Below, in pieces: positions 11,732 through 24,665 of a DNA stretch of 64,000 nucleotides. Positions within the stretch are counted from its first letter, which is position 1. Each line of letters opens with the position of its first letter. The DNA comes from Phyllosticta citribraziliensis (Eukaryota): assembly GCF_038025025.1 (NCBI RefSeq), contig NW_027117347.1, forward strand, positions 992,001-1,056,000. Direction: 5' to 3'. The translations under genes were made by a program, and so were the position numbers. Below the pieces are notes generated by a model. The model was not told the origin of the DNA. It searched no databases and was given only the letters and a program-made list of their open reading frames with translations.

Positions 11732-12988
11732 ATGTCCAACAGAGGCCCTTCTTCGGCCTTGCCAACTTCGAACCAAACAGCTGGCGAAACATTCACGACC
11801 CAGACTCCAAAAGCACAGGGCATGCCCAAGTCGCCGAAGATGCGCGCTCGCTTGGCCAGGACCAGCTCTTCGCTCGACATTACTGCCAGTTTCGAGGCAT
11901 TCAGGCCATTCGAGGAGACCAATATTGAGCCAGAAAGTGAGAAGACGGGCGATCTAGGCTCGCCGCCTGTCACTGAAGTTGGGCCGTCTTGTTACCGCCC
12001 CTCCACTGAAACCAACGATGAGGGTGACAATGCCGCTGAAGCCCTTCGACCGAGCTACGAGGACGACATGACGGCCTCGAAGACTCCTCGGGAGTCTTCC
12101 AATACAGGTGAAGCCAGTCATTCTGGGTCCCACCCAGAGGCCAAGTCGGATGGCGCAAGCGACGATGATGGCTCGTTCGCAAAAACATTCCATGGCGGAA
12201 TACATGGATTGAGACAGCTCTTGAGACTTGCCATGCACTGCTAACATTCAAAGGCCTACAATACTTCTTGCCGAGAGCTGAATGCCCTTTTCGGAGAGAT
12301 CAGGTTAGAGGGTCTGTGCTCGCAAACCAAGAGAGCAGTATCTCAATGCATGCTGCTGCATCTCCTCGCCATCTCTACCGATGACCCTGGCACCTACCGT
12401 GGCTGCATCCGACGTGCTCTACACATATGTCAAACGATGGCAGACCGCACCATTGCCGAGAACATCTGGAAGAAAACATTCCACATCACGGACGAAATGG
12501 ACGAGGACTTTTCCAGGAGCAGCAAGGCGCCAGTGATTCGAGAGTCCGACAATGGGAGCCCCAAGCCGCTGGATACTATCACTGAAGAAGAAGACAATAC
12601 GATCGATTCCCCAGAGAAGCCGTCTTGCCCTAGCGTGCCTTCACGCTGGTCTGCACCGAATTCCAACATCGACGAAAACAAAATTCCTGAGGCTCTTCAC
12701 CATCCAAGCACCAAAGAGCCCTCTTCGGGCTTTGAGGAAGATCCAGCAGACGCAGCCTACAGTGAGTTTATCGCTGAGCTTCGAGCCGATGCGCTCCGTC
12801 GCAAAGAGGCTACGGACCGTCATATTGCCAGCCTGGACTTGGAACTTTGGCGTCGCACACATGCTACTCAGCAATACATTGCAGACTTGGCAGCGGACGT
12901 AGCTCAACGCAGGCGGGCGACAGAGCAGTACTTGGCGGATTTGGAGCGGACAGCTGCAAGTAATGGGTTGGGAGTGGCACGCGATTGA
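11732..12988 (+). CDS. Orphan protein (or pseudogene) with a C-terminal 18-aa repeat; splicing unresolved
   Basis: Two same-frame ORFs (11732-12244 and 12254/12350-12988) are separated by one TAA that sits inside a branch-like TGCTAAC followed by AAG (12253). The C-terminus carries three 18-residue repeats. Confidence 0.55.
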
Positions 12989-13721
12989 AAGGATAAAGTG
13001 ACATTTTGGTTAGTGGAGGCACTTTGGGAGGCGTACGTGAGTGGTGAGACGCAGGGTCCATGTTTGCGAGTATTTAGTACAAAAATGTACCTGGAGCTTG
13101 GGTCGAAATGGGGTAACGTCGGCGTTTTGGTGAAAGCTGGGGAAGCTTGAAGCAAGGATTGCAAAGCTCGGGGCAGCTCGACGACGACTGCACGACGAGT
13201 CTAGGAGCCTCCAAGCCTCTATGCATTTCTGCAGATAGCTGTATCAATGACCACCTCAAACGACCTGATGCGCCGACAGCAGTTTCAGGTCCTGTGCCTG
13301 CATCCAGACTAGAAGGCCGTCGGTGAGCGGCGCACGGTCCCCCAAGCTATCGATCTGAGTTATCCTCCGACCAGCCAACTGTCCGCATCGCGCGTCCGGG
13401 AGCATGGAAGAGTTCAGCGTCAAGCATGCCGGCAACCTCGTAATCCACCATTCCTTCGACTTTTCTCCCTCCGTTGTTGCTGTCGCTCGAGAAGTTCGCA
13501 ACTGCTTTATTGTAGCTGCCGTCGCCGTATCTCTGGTCGCCATTGTCAGGTCACGTCGCGCAGCTTCATAATACCCTTGGTTTGTCCAAAGTCGCCAGGC
13601 TCACGAGTGCGAAATCGCTGACTAGAAAAGACTCCATCCTTCAGATTGCTATCCTTGATACTCGGTCTCTACCGCCCTCATTGAGGCGTCTCAGCCCTCG
13701 TCTTAATCACAAACGCCCACC

Positions 13722-14578
13722 ATGCGCATATCTCGGAGTGTCCAGATTTTTGCAGCAGCGTGCTGCGCTGCAACATCTGCCTACGCGAGTCACACTATGG
13801 AGGAAATGAGCTTGGGACTCTTCTACCCCATCTCGAACGACAAGCACACGATCCCCAACTGGCGCGTGTCTGGCGCAGGCCACGATCCCCAGATTCTCTC
13901 CGACCGCATCATCCTGACACCACCCTACCCCGGCAACAAACGAGGAGCATTATGGTCCGTTTTCGCTCTGGATAAGAACGAATTCGTAGTAGACGTGGAG
14001 TTCAGGGCTTCAGGACAAGAAAGAGGCAATGGTAATCTGCAGATCTGGCTGACCAAGGAATCTCAACCTGTCGGGCAGACCAACAGCATCTACACAGTTG
14101 GCCAATTCGATGGCTTGGTGCTGAGCATCGACCAGTACGGCGGCTCAGGTGGTAAGGTCAGAGCGTTCCTCAACGACGGGACCGTCTCGTTCAAGGACCA
14201 CCACAGCGTCGACTCGTTGGCGTTTGGCCAGTGTGACTATTCCTATCGCAACAAGGGTGCGCTGTCGCATGTGAAGCTCACTCAGACGGGGGAGATTTTC
14301 GCCGTGGAAGTGGACGGCAAACAGTGCTTCCAGACGAACAAAGTTAGTAGGAAATGGACTCTCTTCTCTTTGGGTACTAACAGTGAGCAGGTCACCATGC
14401 CAATGGGCTACTACTTTGGCATATCTGCAGCTTCCGCCGAAAATCCTGACTCTTTTGAGCTTTGGAAGTTTATTGTATCGCCGCATGAGGTGGAATCCCG
14501 CCAATATCAACCTCCCAAGGAACAGCAGGCCCAGCAGCCGATCCAGCAGCAGCAACAGCAGCCGCCGCCGCCGCCACA

Positions 14579-14641
<63 letters not shown>

Positions 14642-15164
14642 GCCTGCTGGCGGCGCATCTGTGTCTCAACCTACCTGGGATCAGGTCAACGATGTCAATA
14701 ATCGCGTTTACTCCGTAGAGCAAAAGGTCGACAACATTTACCGCGTGCTGCAAGAGATTCAGGGCAAACAAGACCAGAAGTTTGCCGAAGTTGTGGCCAT
14801 GGGCAGCAATGGGCCAATCCATGAGCATGTTCGTGCCGTCGAGACCGTTGTCGGCAGGATTCAAAGCATCGTGACGGCGATTCAGAAGGACATTGAAGGC
14901 AAGGACTACAAGGAGCACCTGGCAAACTTACACGACGCGTTGAGAGACACGCAGTCTGGTCTCCGGGACTCTTTGACCCACGGTAAGACGCTCGCAAACC
15001 ATTCAATCTGTATTTGCACTAACAGGACATTTCTAGTCGTGACGTCATCCGCACCCAAGATGTGGACCTTCGTCTTCCTGGTGGTGATTTTCCAAGTGGT
15101 GATGTTTGGTGGATATCTGGTCTACAAGCGCCGCAGAGACACAGCTCCCAAGAAGTATCTCTGA
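13722..15164 (+). CDS. EMP47: L-type lectin ER-Golgi cargo receptor (Emp46/47, ERGIC-53/VIP36 family); introns 14343-14390 and 14983-15036
   Basis: Signal peptide, legume-lectin domain (DRIILTPPYPGNKRGALWS, FDGLVL, YYFGISAASAENPDSFE), polyQ linker, coiled coil, C-terminal TM helix and di-lysine tail PKKYL. Confidence 0.88.
14577..14642 (+). repeat. Coding polyQ tract (CAG)8(CAA)13CAG = Q22
   Basis: Read directly from the sequence, inside the lectin gene. Confidence 0.95.
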
Positions 15165-15774
15165 GGGAGAAATAGTGGGACTGCAGGAGGAGAGACTGCA
15201 TGCGTGTAGTAGGAGGAGAGGGTGCCAGGGGCTTGAGAGTAGATAGGAACGCCTTTTTCTTTTTTACGTGGACTGTGGGCGAAAAGACAGTGTTATCAGC
15301 GAATGCGCCAGGTACAGAATGAATGCTTCCTTTGTTCCCATTGAGCACGTTAAAGACGCGATGTCGACGCTTGGTTAGTGCCATGAGAGTAGGTGCAACC
15401 AACACAGCCAAACGTGACTGCGTGGTGGATGCGGAATTCGCGGCTTAGTCATCCAGATCACAGACCGTGGACCTTACGTCTGTCTCTGCAGCGCCGCAAC
15501 TCGACCAGCTCCCGGCTCATTTATATCATGATCGACTTCTAGTCGTGCAGAACGGCCTGCGCTGCCCAAAAAGACCTCTCCGAACATCTGCACCCCAAGC
15601 TGGCCCGTCCTGTTCACGAGCGCACCGCAAAAGTCGGCGCCCTCACTAACGTCACCAAATTTCTCAACCTCGTCACCGCACGCACCGCGCCCCCGGCCCT
15701 GCGCGTCGCCGTCGACCCTACAATCGAGTCAATCCTCAATCTTCAGCGCATCACCGCGCCGAACGACGACGACC

Positions 15775-18126
15775 ATGAGCCAGTATCCGCCGCCCCCCTC
15801 CGCCGACTCCCAGCACTACGCCCCAATCTATCCTGCGGCGGCAACTGCGCAACTGTTGGAGGCTGCGCAGGAACAAGCATCACAGGAAGGCTTTCTCGGC
15901 TTCCCTCGCGCTGCACCTGGCGAGCGCCATTCGCTTCACTCAAAGATCGAACCGAGCTTCACCGATCCGACCCAGAGCCCAAATACTCCAGGTGGACACG
16001 ATGGCGCATACTCAGGAAATGGCCTCCACATGGGCCCAGAGCAACATCACACCATGCAAATGCAGCCACAACCCCAAGGCATGAGCAACGTGGGTCCAGA
16101 TGGGCAACCTCAACCCAAAGCCAACAGGTTGCGAAAGGCTTGCGACTCTTGTAGCATACGCAAGGTCAAGTGTGATGAAACCGGTCCTCCTTGCCGTGCT
16201 TGCGCTTCCTTGGACATACCGTGCACCTTTGAGCGCCCGTCTAGGAGGAGGGGACCACCCAATCGCCATGCGGAAGCGATCAAGAGGAGGCGTCTTGAAG
16301 GAGGTTCACCGAACAACCAGACCCCAATGTCTCCGTCTTCACCAACCAATGCCGCTCAGGCGCTGGCTCAGCTTTCTTCCCACCCGCCTCTCTCCGCAGA
16401 ATCAATTGCACCGCTCGATACGATAGAGCTCCTGATTGACGACTACTTCACCTACATCCATCCACTCTGCCCGTTCCCCCACGAGCCCAGCTTTCGCGAA
16501 TCCTTCAAGAGACGGGAGGACTACAACAATCGGCCGTTCCTCGCCCTGCTGGCTTCCATGATTGCCACTCTCGTTGCGTCATTTCCACGCAAGCCTCGTC
16601 TTGTCCTCAAAGTCCAGGGTCGCCAAGGTCTTTTCCCCACTCACATGAGCCTGATCATCAGATGTCAACAAGTCTCGAATGCGGCTAGAGGTTCGGCACT
16701 GCTCGAAAGAGATGATCTGACAGTCTACGATGCTGCCACCAGCTATCTCCTTGGCGTTTCCCACGCCTATACTTTCAGGTGGCGGGCAGCACGCCTCTAC
16801 TTCTCTGAAGGTCTGGCAATTGTCAGAGCCCTTGGCCTGCATGACGCGAGGTCTGATTTCTACAGGCCGCAAGGCTCTACCAACGGAGATGGTCAGCGTG
16901 AAGCGTACGGACCAGACTTTATCACACTGGAAATGGGACGCAGAATTTTCTGGACGACGTTTGTGAGCTGGAGGTAAGTTTCGGCATTCAATTGAAATGG
17001 AATGTATACTGATCCGCTGCGGGGTAGATCAATGTCCCAGTCTGGCGCAACTGCCGACGAACTCGTCATCATGCCCGAGACTCCTGCGAAACCGTACCCG
17101 CCTCTTCCCATGGAGGTCGACGACATTTACATCTACCCGAGCCACGTTGAGCCTCAACCGCCTGGCATCGTCCCTGAGATTGTCGGTTTCAACGCAAACG
17201 TCAAAGTCTACCAATCTTACAGCACGCTCGCCACTACGGAGCTGACCTACGGAATCAACGAGGTGTTTGATTGGGAACGTCAGTGCAAGGTGCTCGACCA
17301 GAGCCTTCGCGATTGCAGGCAAGTCTTGGAAGAGCTTCCACAAGACCTGACAGTATGGCTGGACGGTCCTCCTGATATGGCAAGCCAACCGAACTTGTTC
17401 GCCGCCAGTCAAGACTCAGCCGCGAGCAAAGACCCGCTCATGCTCCTGGCCATGAACGCAAATCAATCGGCCGAGGAGAAGCGCAAGACTCAGTATGAAA
17501 TCCAAAAGGCCAACATCTACATCAGCCAGCTGGCAACTCGGTCGTACATTACCGAGAGGTACTTCAGCATGCGCGACATTCACAACAACATGGAATCCCA
17601 AGATCAACAGGAGAGCTCACCAGCTGTCGTTGCGGCTGGTCTTGACAACATGCTCCAATCAGACGCCAGCCCCAACTACGACCTGTTGGATCAGGAAATG
17701 AGGGCGGAGAAGGACAAGATCGTCAAAGACATGCTCCGTGTTCTGCAGAGTCTCAGTCAGGTGCACATGGAGCCAAACGCCGACAGCTTCGTATGTCATT
17801 CGCCTTTTTCCGCCCTTCAGCAGCACCTCCAGCCTTACAAACCTCAAGAGATTTTACTAACGGACGTCTATCAGACGCACAAGGTGAGGCAGGTCGTGTC
17901 TACGCTTCTGAACGCGCCGCAGGACCGCAAGAGCAGCGTTGCGCTGCAGGCCGAGCAGTATCTTCACCATTTCCTCGAGATATTGGTGCGCTTGGACCGC
18001 AATGTCACGACGAACCAGAATGCCGATGGCATTGAGGACGAGGAGGTGGAGCTGAAGCACTGGGCCGACCTGAGAGAGTACCAGGTCAAATTCACCCAGG
18101 CTGGCGGCGTGCTGGCAATCCAGTGA
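15775..18126 (+). CDS. Zn(II)2Cys6 transcription factor with fungal-specific TF domain; introns 16974-17027 and 17791-17874
   Basis: KACDSCSIRKVKCDETGPPCRACASLDIPC binuclear cluster; YFTYIHPLCPFPHEPSF and EMGRRIFW middle-homology motifs; canonical introns (GTAAGT..ACTGAT..TAG and GTATGT..ACTAAC..CAG). Confidence 0.93.
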
Positions 18127-21100
18127 ACAGCAGCTGCTGACTGGTTGCACTCGACTGCACTGCCACGAGCTTCACAACATTTTCTCTTTTTTACTATGCG
18201 GTAGAGGCGTCTTCGGGTGGAACTTGCAACACTGGGAGGAATTCGGCCGCATCAATTCTCTTCTGCACAACCACCAAACCCCAAAAGGATTTCGACATTG
18301 GAATAGGTTGGGGCATTCGTCTTTCGGCGCGGAGGCCCCTTCTTTTCACTTTTTCCTGAGCAACAAGGGATGTACGATAGGGCTTGAGGCTGGCTGCTTA
18401 TGAGAGATTTCTTGATTGAAGACTGGCGACAAGGGAGGACTAGATATGGCTCGCGAGGGAACAGTAGCAAGGCAAGGAGCTTTGCTGACGGCTCAGGATG
18501 CGGCAGGAGGCAACCGGAAGTTGACTTTAGGGTAATGGTGAATCAGTGGAAAGAGAATCAAAAAGGACTTGCAGCTCGTTTTATTTGATGGTGAAGGTGA
18601 GTGTTGCAACGTGGCTGATATTCTAGGACCCTCAAAGATAGCTGGCTTGGAACAAGGGCTTCCTCTTGAGAACAAATCTGCCTGACTTTATCAACTACGT
18701 CCTTGGTAACGTAAGGAGCCGTACATCGGTAATTTACAGCCCCTGCCTTTGCACACGCCGCATCAACTAATACCGTCTGCATATGTCTGTCATAGTTACT
18801 CGCCTGGAGCCTTTCAACTTATTTGGATTACACGGCTGGTCTAAGACTCTGTTCCTGTCCTGTCATTCCAGAAATGGGTAGAAACGTCCAGACATTGGGC
18901 CTTGCCGAATGTCTACGACTCTGGCCATGAGGCTGCAGTCACTTGCCAACAGATTCAGCCATCTGCCCTCCAATTGTCTACTTTCTCTTCCATCTCCCGG
19001 CCTTCCTTCGCATGTCTCTCTTTCTGCGTGGCTGATTTGCACCACAGGCCCAAATCCATCAATAGAATACTGGTCGTTCCCAGACACCATCTAGAAGAGG
19101 CTCACCGACAAAGCCATCCCTACACGGAGGGCCCTCAAGAGCGCCACTCTCTGCCAGCATGCCCAGCATATTGGAATGCAGCACGAATCCTCCAGGAGCA
19201 GCCGATCTGTCAGGAAACTCCACATTGCCTCGCGGCTTAGACTCTCGATCTGCCGACATCTCGTCCCGCTCTGCTTCTTAGTGGCAAAGAGTCGGTCTCG
19301 ATGCTTGGCCAAGAAAACGAAACATGTTGGTCACGCCAGGCCTCGTGAGAGCTGCGAGGTTCACTTGTTGAGACCCACTAGGAGCGCTAATTTTGTCATC
19401 TCAGTGGCTTTTAGTCGCCTGTCAGCCTTGTAGGGCGGCGCGGTCCGGGCCGTGGTTGGTGTTATTGCATGCCCGACTTGGTAGACTCTGAAAGTCAACA
19501 CAGATGTAGCGGCGAGCCAAACTTTGGGCCAATTCAAGGTTGGTAGAGGCCCTGTCTTGGACAGAGGTAATCCCATGTATCCTCTTCGACGCCATGTAAA
19601 CCTTGGCTAACCGTATGAATTTGAAAGAGTAGTATTTGCGGAAGTTTTGCGCCTGATTGGGTGTCGGTCTTCTGGAAAGAATCTTGTTTGGGCAACGTTG
19701 CGTTGTCTTTCAACGCTTCCTGATCACTTGACAACATGACAGACACGAGTCGTCTGATATTCTCCTCTCTCAGCCAGCCAGACGACAAAAAAAGAAAGAA
19801 AAGGGCAGTCGAAGCAGCAGCAGCAGGAACACAAAAAAAGAAGAAAAAGCAAAGTAGTCCCCCATCACTTCCATCGCGTGATCGCCAATGTCACAACGCC
19901 TCGTACAACAACCCCAGTCCCATACCCCACCCAACAACCCGAAGGGCCCGCATTCGTACCTACATGCATACACGGATGCATGCATAGAGTTTGCCCGTCG
20001 CACGCCCACACGCCCACACCCACGCAGCCCACGACCCGACCCGCGCGGTCGGGAAAAAGGAACAAAAAGGAAAACACGGAACATGGTTGGCATCGCTGGC
20101 CAGTGAACGGCAACCGCACACGCCGCGCCCGCCCCCCGCCACAGCCGCCTCGATCAAGCCATGTGCAGAAGCAGTGGCAGATGGTGGAATGGACAGAGCG
20201 TGGACGAGCGAGTGACAAGCCAGGCGGATGTGGGACGAACGCTTCCTCCTGATGTCCGCCTTTCTTCTTTTCCTCCTTCAACGACGCCGACAAAGCCAAC
20301 GACGTCGATGCGCTGCGGCCCTGCCCTGCCCGCCGCCTGTTTGCGAAACGTAGGGCAGCGCGAAAGGGGGAGAAAAAGCAGATCAGATGCAAGACTTACG
20401 TTGCCCGTCGGGCGGTGGTGCTTCACGACGTCAAAAACCGCCCGTATCAGTCAGTCAGGCTTTGCGCCAGCCAGCCAACGGCTGAGGTATGACCCACGCC
20501 GTCGGGACGTGACAGGGTGTGTGGAAGTACCTGCAGACCATGACGGGGCGGTGACAACGACGACGATGGCGACGAAGATAGCGTCGACGATGACGCCGTT
20601 CGTGGCCCGAATTAGCAACGAGGAGGTGCGCGCGCGCGGGGGATGGATGCGTCGCCGAGTGCTGCTGCTGAGTTCCGCGGCTGCCCGTGGGGACCCGGTA
20701 TCTGTCTGTCTGCCTGTCAGCTTGGGACCGACGCGTTATACGTGCCCGTCGGCAGGTACGATGCAGGAGGCAGGTACCGTACTCCCCCTGATCCAGGCGA
20801 AGCGTCGACGCCGTGGTGCTGTGTCTGTTCCCCGAGATTTGGGAGTCGGAATCTTTGCCTGGCCCGCCGACCCGACCCGAGCAAGTGAGCTGGTGACGGG
20901 ATCCAGGAGAAGCGGGTACACAGTCAGGGAATGGTAGAGGCATTGGAAAAGATTCGCGTGGTGGCACGGTTGAATGAGTAAGTGAATGAAATCAACAAAG
21001 CATTTCCTGCTATCTTGCTTGCTAGCTTCCAGACACTTCTCAGCGCAGGATGACTACAAGGAAATTGATAGAGCCAGCAGACCTCCCGATTCCAGGATCC

Positions 21101-23159
21101 TCACCCCGTGCCCATCGCCTGTCGATCCGATCCAACTCGATCCGACCCGATCTAACAAGCTGCGCCCATATTGTCAAAACGACTCTCCAACATTTCGATG
21201 ATCTCAGCCCCAGTACCCAACGCAAGCGCAAAAGGAAAACCGAACTGACCCGAAGAGTCGAACAAGCACCAAAGACAAGGAACGGGGAGAGGCACATGAC
21301 GCACTCGCTCACTTCTCGAGCGCACCGCGCGACTCCTACGGTTCCAGCGGGATGGGCAAAAGCAGCGACCGCAGCGCCTGCACATGCGGTCCGACTGAAT
21401 GAGCTGGACCTTACATGTCGGAACGTGTGCCGCCTCGAGACCGTACTGCAGGGTATCCAGTAGGGAGCGGGTGTGGGAGACGTAGTCGAAGGCGAAGCAT
21501 GAGAGGGAGAGAGAAAAGAAAGGAACAGTGACATATCAGCACGATTCTCGCCGTCCCAACGGCGTGGGCGCCGACAAGTCATCTATCGGATTTTCTTCTT
21601 CGCGTTTATGTGACGCGGACGGATGGACTGCCGCTCCCTGCATCATTCAACACATCCATCATCCGATATCCATCCATCCACCCACTACTTCCCTTTCTCT
21701 TCGAGTATTCGCGCGAGCTGCGCTCCTTTGGGCGCAATTTATATTAAGAAAAAGAAAGTGTTGCATGGACTGGGCTGGCTGCTAGGTATGTACCTAGCTG
21801 CGCACGAGCACTCCTGACTAACAGATTGCCGTCCAGCCAGCCAGCCAGATAGATTGGTGGGCACATAAGACAACCCACCCTCCCGCCCACCCAACGGCTC
21901 CAACGGCGCGGTACGGGGAAGCGCGCAGCGCATTGGCTGTGTGACGGACAGACGGATGGACGGAGGGACGGGCAGACGGCAGGGGTACCTACCCTACCCA
22001 CGTACGCACCTACTTGCGTACGTCGTCTATCAGATTTTCTTCTTCGTGTCTATCTAAGTATGTGTCGCGTCGAGCCGCTCTAGCACCCAGCTCTCACTCA
22101 CCCACCCACTCACCCCATGGTCCTACTCCACTCACTCCCACTTCTTCTTTCTCGTCGGCGCGCAGCTCGTCACTCATCCCGCCGACATACTACACAACGC
22201 GAAAAAAGAAAGCAGGAAGCCATGCCGTCGGTCTATCTATCATTGAAAGCTACCCCCAAGCAAGGGGGCGTACCAGCAGCTGCTGCGCGCGAAGCAAAAA
22301 AAAAAAGAAAAAAAAAAGCACGAGCACGAGCACGGGTGCGCCGTCTGTCGATTGGCTGGCTGCTGGCTGAGAGCCGATGGCTGAGACAACAACGGTTCCA
22401 ACGGCGTGGTAACGGGGATGGCATGGGCATGGGCATGGGCAAAGAAACTGGGCAGGCAGGCAGCTGGCTCTCCAGCTGGAGACGTCGACGTCGCCTCGCC
22501 TCACACCTATCAGTCAATCTATCTGTCTGACCTCACCACCCACCACGTCGTTGGATTCGCATCGCGTCGATCTACGCACTGCACCCATCCCTCGCCACTG
22601 CATTCAGCTGCTTCCCTGCTTTTTCCCCGCTTGCTTGCTGCTACTGTTGTTTGCCTTTCCGCTTGGGAGCCGTCATTATGCACGCAGCCGTTTTGGGGCG
22701 GAGGATATGAGATGAGATGGGCGGCGGCGCTGCGGCTGGAGCGGCATGGAGCTGTATCTGCGACGTACGTACATACGGGCCCAGCAGTGTGGACAAAGCA
22801 GTGTCGTGACGGCGTGGCGTAGTGTTGGCTGGAGCGGTGAGTATGTAGCGTGACGGCGATGGGACACTCGGAAGGTGAGTAGTGGAGAGGGAGTCGCTCT
22901 ATTTCGTGGATTCAAGTGGACTGTATGAGCATAGAACGATAGAGATCACAAATAGACAAGTGTTTGACTTCTCTCCTGTGTCCTAATCTGATGCCCACCT
23001 ACATCACCGTCCAACTCTACTGCCTTATCTTCTCTCTTTCTTAACCCCAATGCAGACAGTAGCGCAGATCCGACGCTTGACAAGTCAGAACATGTGCAAA
23101 TGCGTTCCAGACCAGCCGATACAGGACAAGTAGAGAGATCGCTCGCATTGATCTGTCGC

Positions 23160-23190
23160 GATCTGATCTGATCTGATCTGATCTGATCTG
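23160..23190. repeat. (GATCT)6 pentanucleotide microsatellite
   Basis: Six perfect tandem units. Confidence 0.9.
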
Positions 23191-23777
23191 ATCGGTGACG
23201 GGGCGAGGGAGTGAGCGGGTAAAAGTGACGCAGAGCGAACCAGATGGAGAAGATAGAGCAGCGCCATGGATCAAGGAGGAGATCACCTGGGTGGGGAAGC
23301 GGGTGGGTGGGCGAGGGTATCAAGGGAGAAGGGGAGATGGGTCGACGAGGGTAGGAGGGAGGGTGGGTGGTGGTTTATAGAGTAGGTCGGAGCGCGATCA
23401 TGCAGCTAGCTCACTGCGACTGGAGATGAGACGAAAGGCGAGGAAAAAGAATATCTAGTTACGTGTGTGTGTGGCGGGGAAGGAGGGAGGGATGGAGGTA
23501 GGTAGGTGGGCGAAAAAAACGAGGAGCGAGGCATTACACAAGATGGCACGGTGCACCACAGTCATTTCGAGATGCCATGATTGGAAGTAAAAAAGTTCTT
23601 CTTTTCAATGTTCGTTTGGGCGGCAGCAGGAAGAACCCGTTCCGTATCGCACCGTTCCTGTCCAGTCCTTTCCCGTCCCACCCATCCCACCCATCCGTGT
23701 AGCACTGCCATGACCTTGCCTCCCTGCCTCCTGTAGTCGCCTGTGAACCGCCCCGACGGGGACAAAAAGCAAAACGC

Positions 23778-23796
23778 AAAAAAAAAAAAAAAAAAA
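23778..23796. repeat. Poly(A)19 tract
   Basis: Homopolymer run. A similar A-rich run lies at 22296-22318. Confidence 0.9.
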
Positions 23797-24665
23797 GTCC
23801 AGATGAGAAACCCTCAATCCACGCTTGGCATCCTGTTGGTATCTAAACATGAATGAAGTTGCGCTGCCCAGACACCTCCTCCAGCCCGTTCGCGATCCTA
23901 TTTGCACAGGACGTTGAGCAGGAAAGGGTAGGCAGCGACAGTAAAAAAAAGGAAACAAGTTGAAAAGGAAATCAAGTCCAAAGTGTGCAGTGCCGAAGCT
24001 CGTGATCAAAGTGTGCAAGGAGACGCAACAAGAAGAGACTGGTGCAAAGACCGGAAAGAAACACTCCAAGCCAGCCAGCCAGTCAGTCGTAGTGTGTGAA
24101 AGGAAAAGAAAAACCCCAGTAGACGAAACCGTGGATCCCCGTCCATAAGAGCCCTTTTTTGTGACCACCGGCGCCTATGGAAATGCACTTGGGGCTCACC
24201 AAGTGCTGGTATTGGTGAAAGGGAGACGAGGTAAATGGAAAAAAGTAAAGCAAAGACGGTCCACAATGGGAGCAGTCATTCGCTTTGGGGGATGTGGGAT
24301 TAGAGAGGTTTGGTTTTTTGCCTTGCCCCGACCCAACAGCAATGCAAAACGCCTCCAATCCTGATGGCGCCAGAAGACTCCGTTTGACAAAAGAAAAGAG
24401 CAGTCGATGCAACCAACAATGATGCTAGCGCTTGGGCAGCGTCTCAAAATGAACGCAGTGCATTGGGGCTAGCCTTGGGCGTTCTAGACGGTCCAAGGCC
24501 ACGCCAGGGGATAACCGGTTTGGGGAATAATCATATCAGTTCATTAAAACAAGTCGTAAAGGTGCTCGAGTGTCGGCGAAACGAGGGTGGTCCGTGGGCC
24601 AGCACGTGTCAGGTAGCGCGTGGTCGATGCGGCGACACCGTGAGGCGGCTGCGCCAACACGGCGC

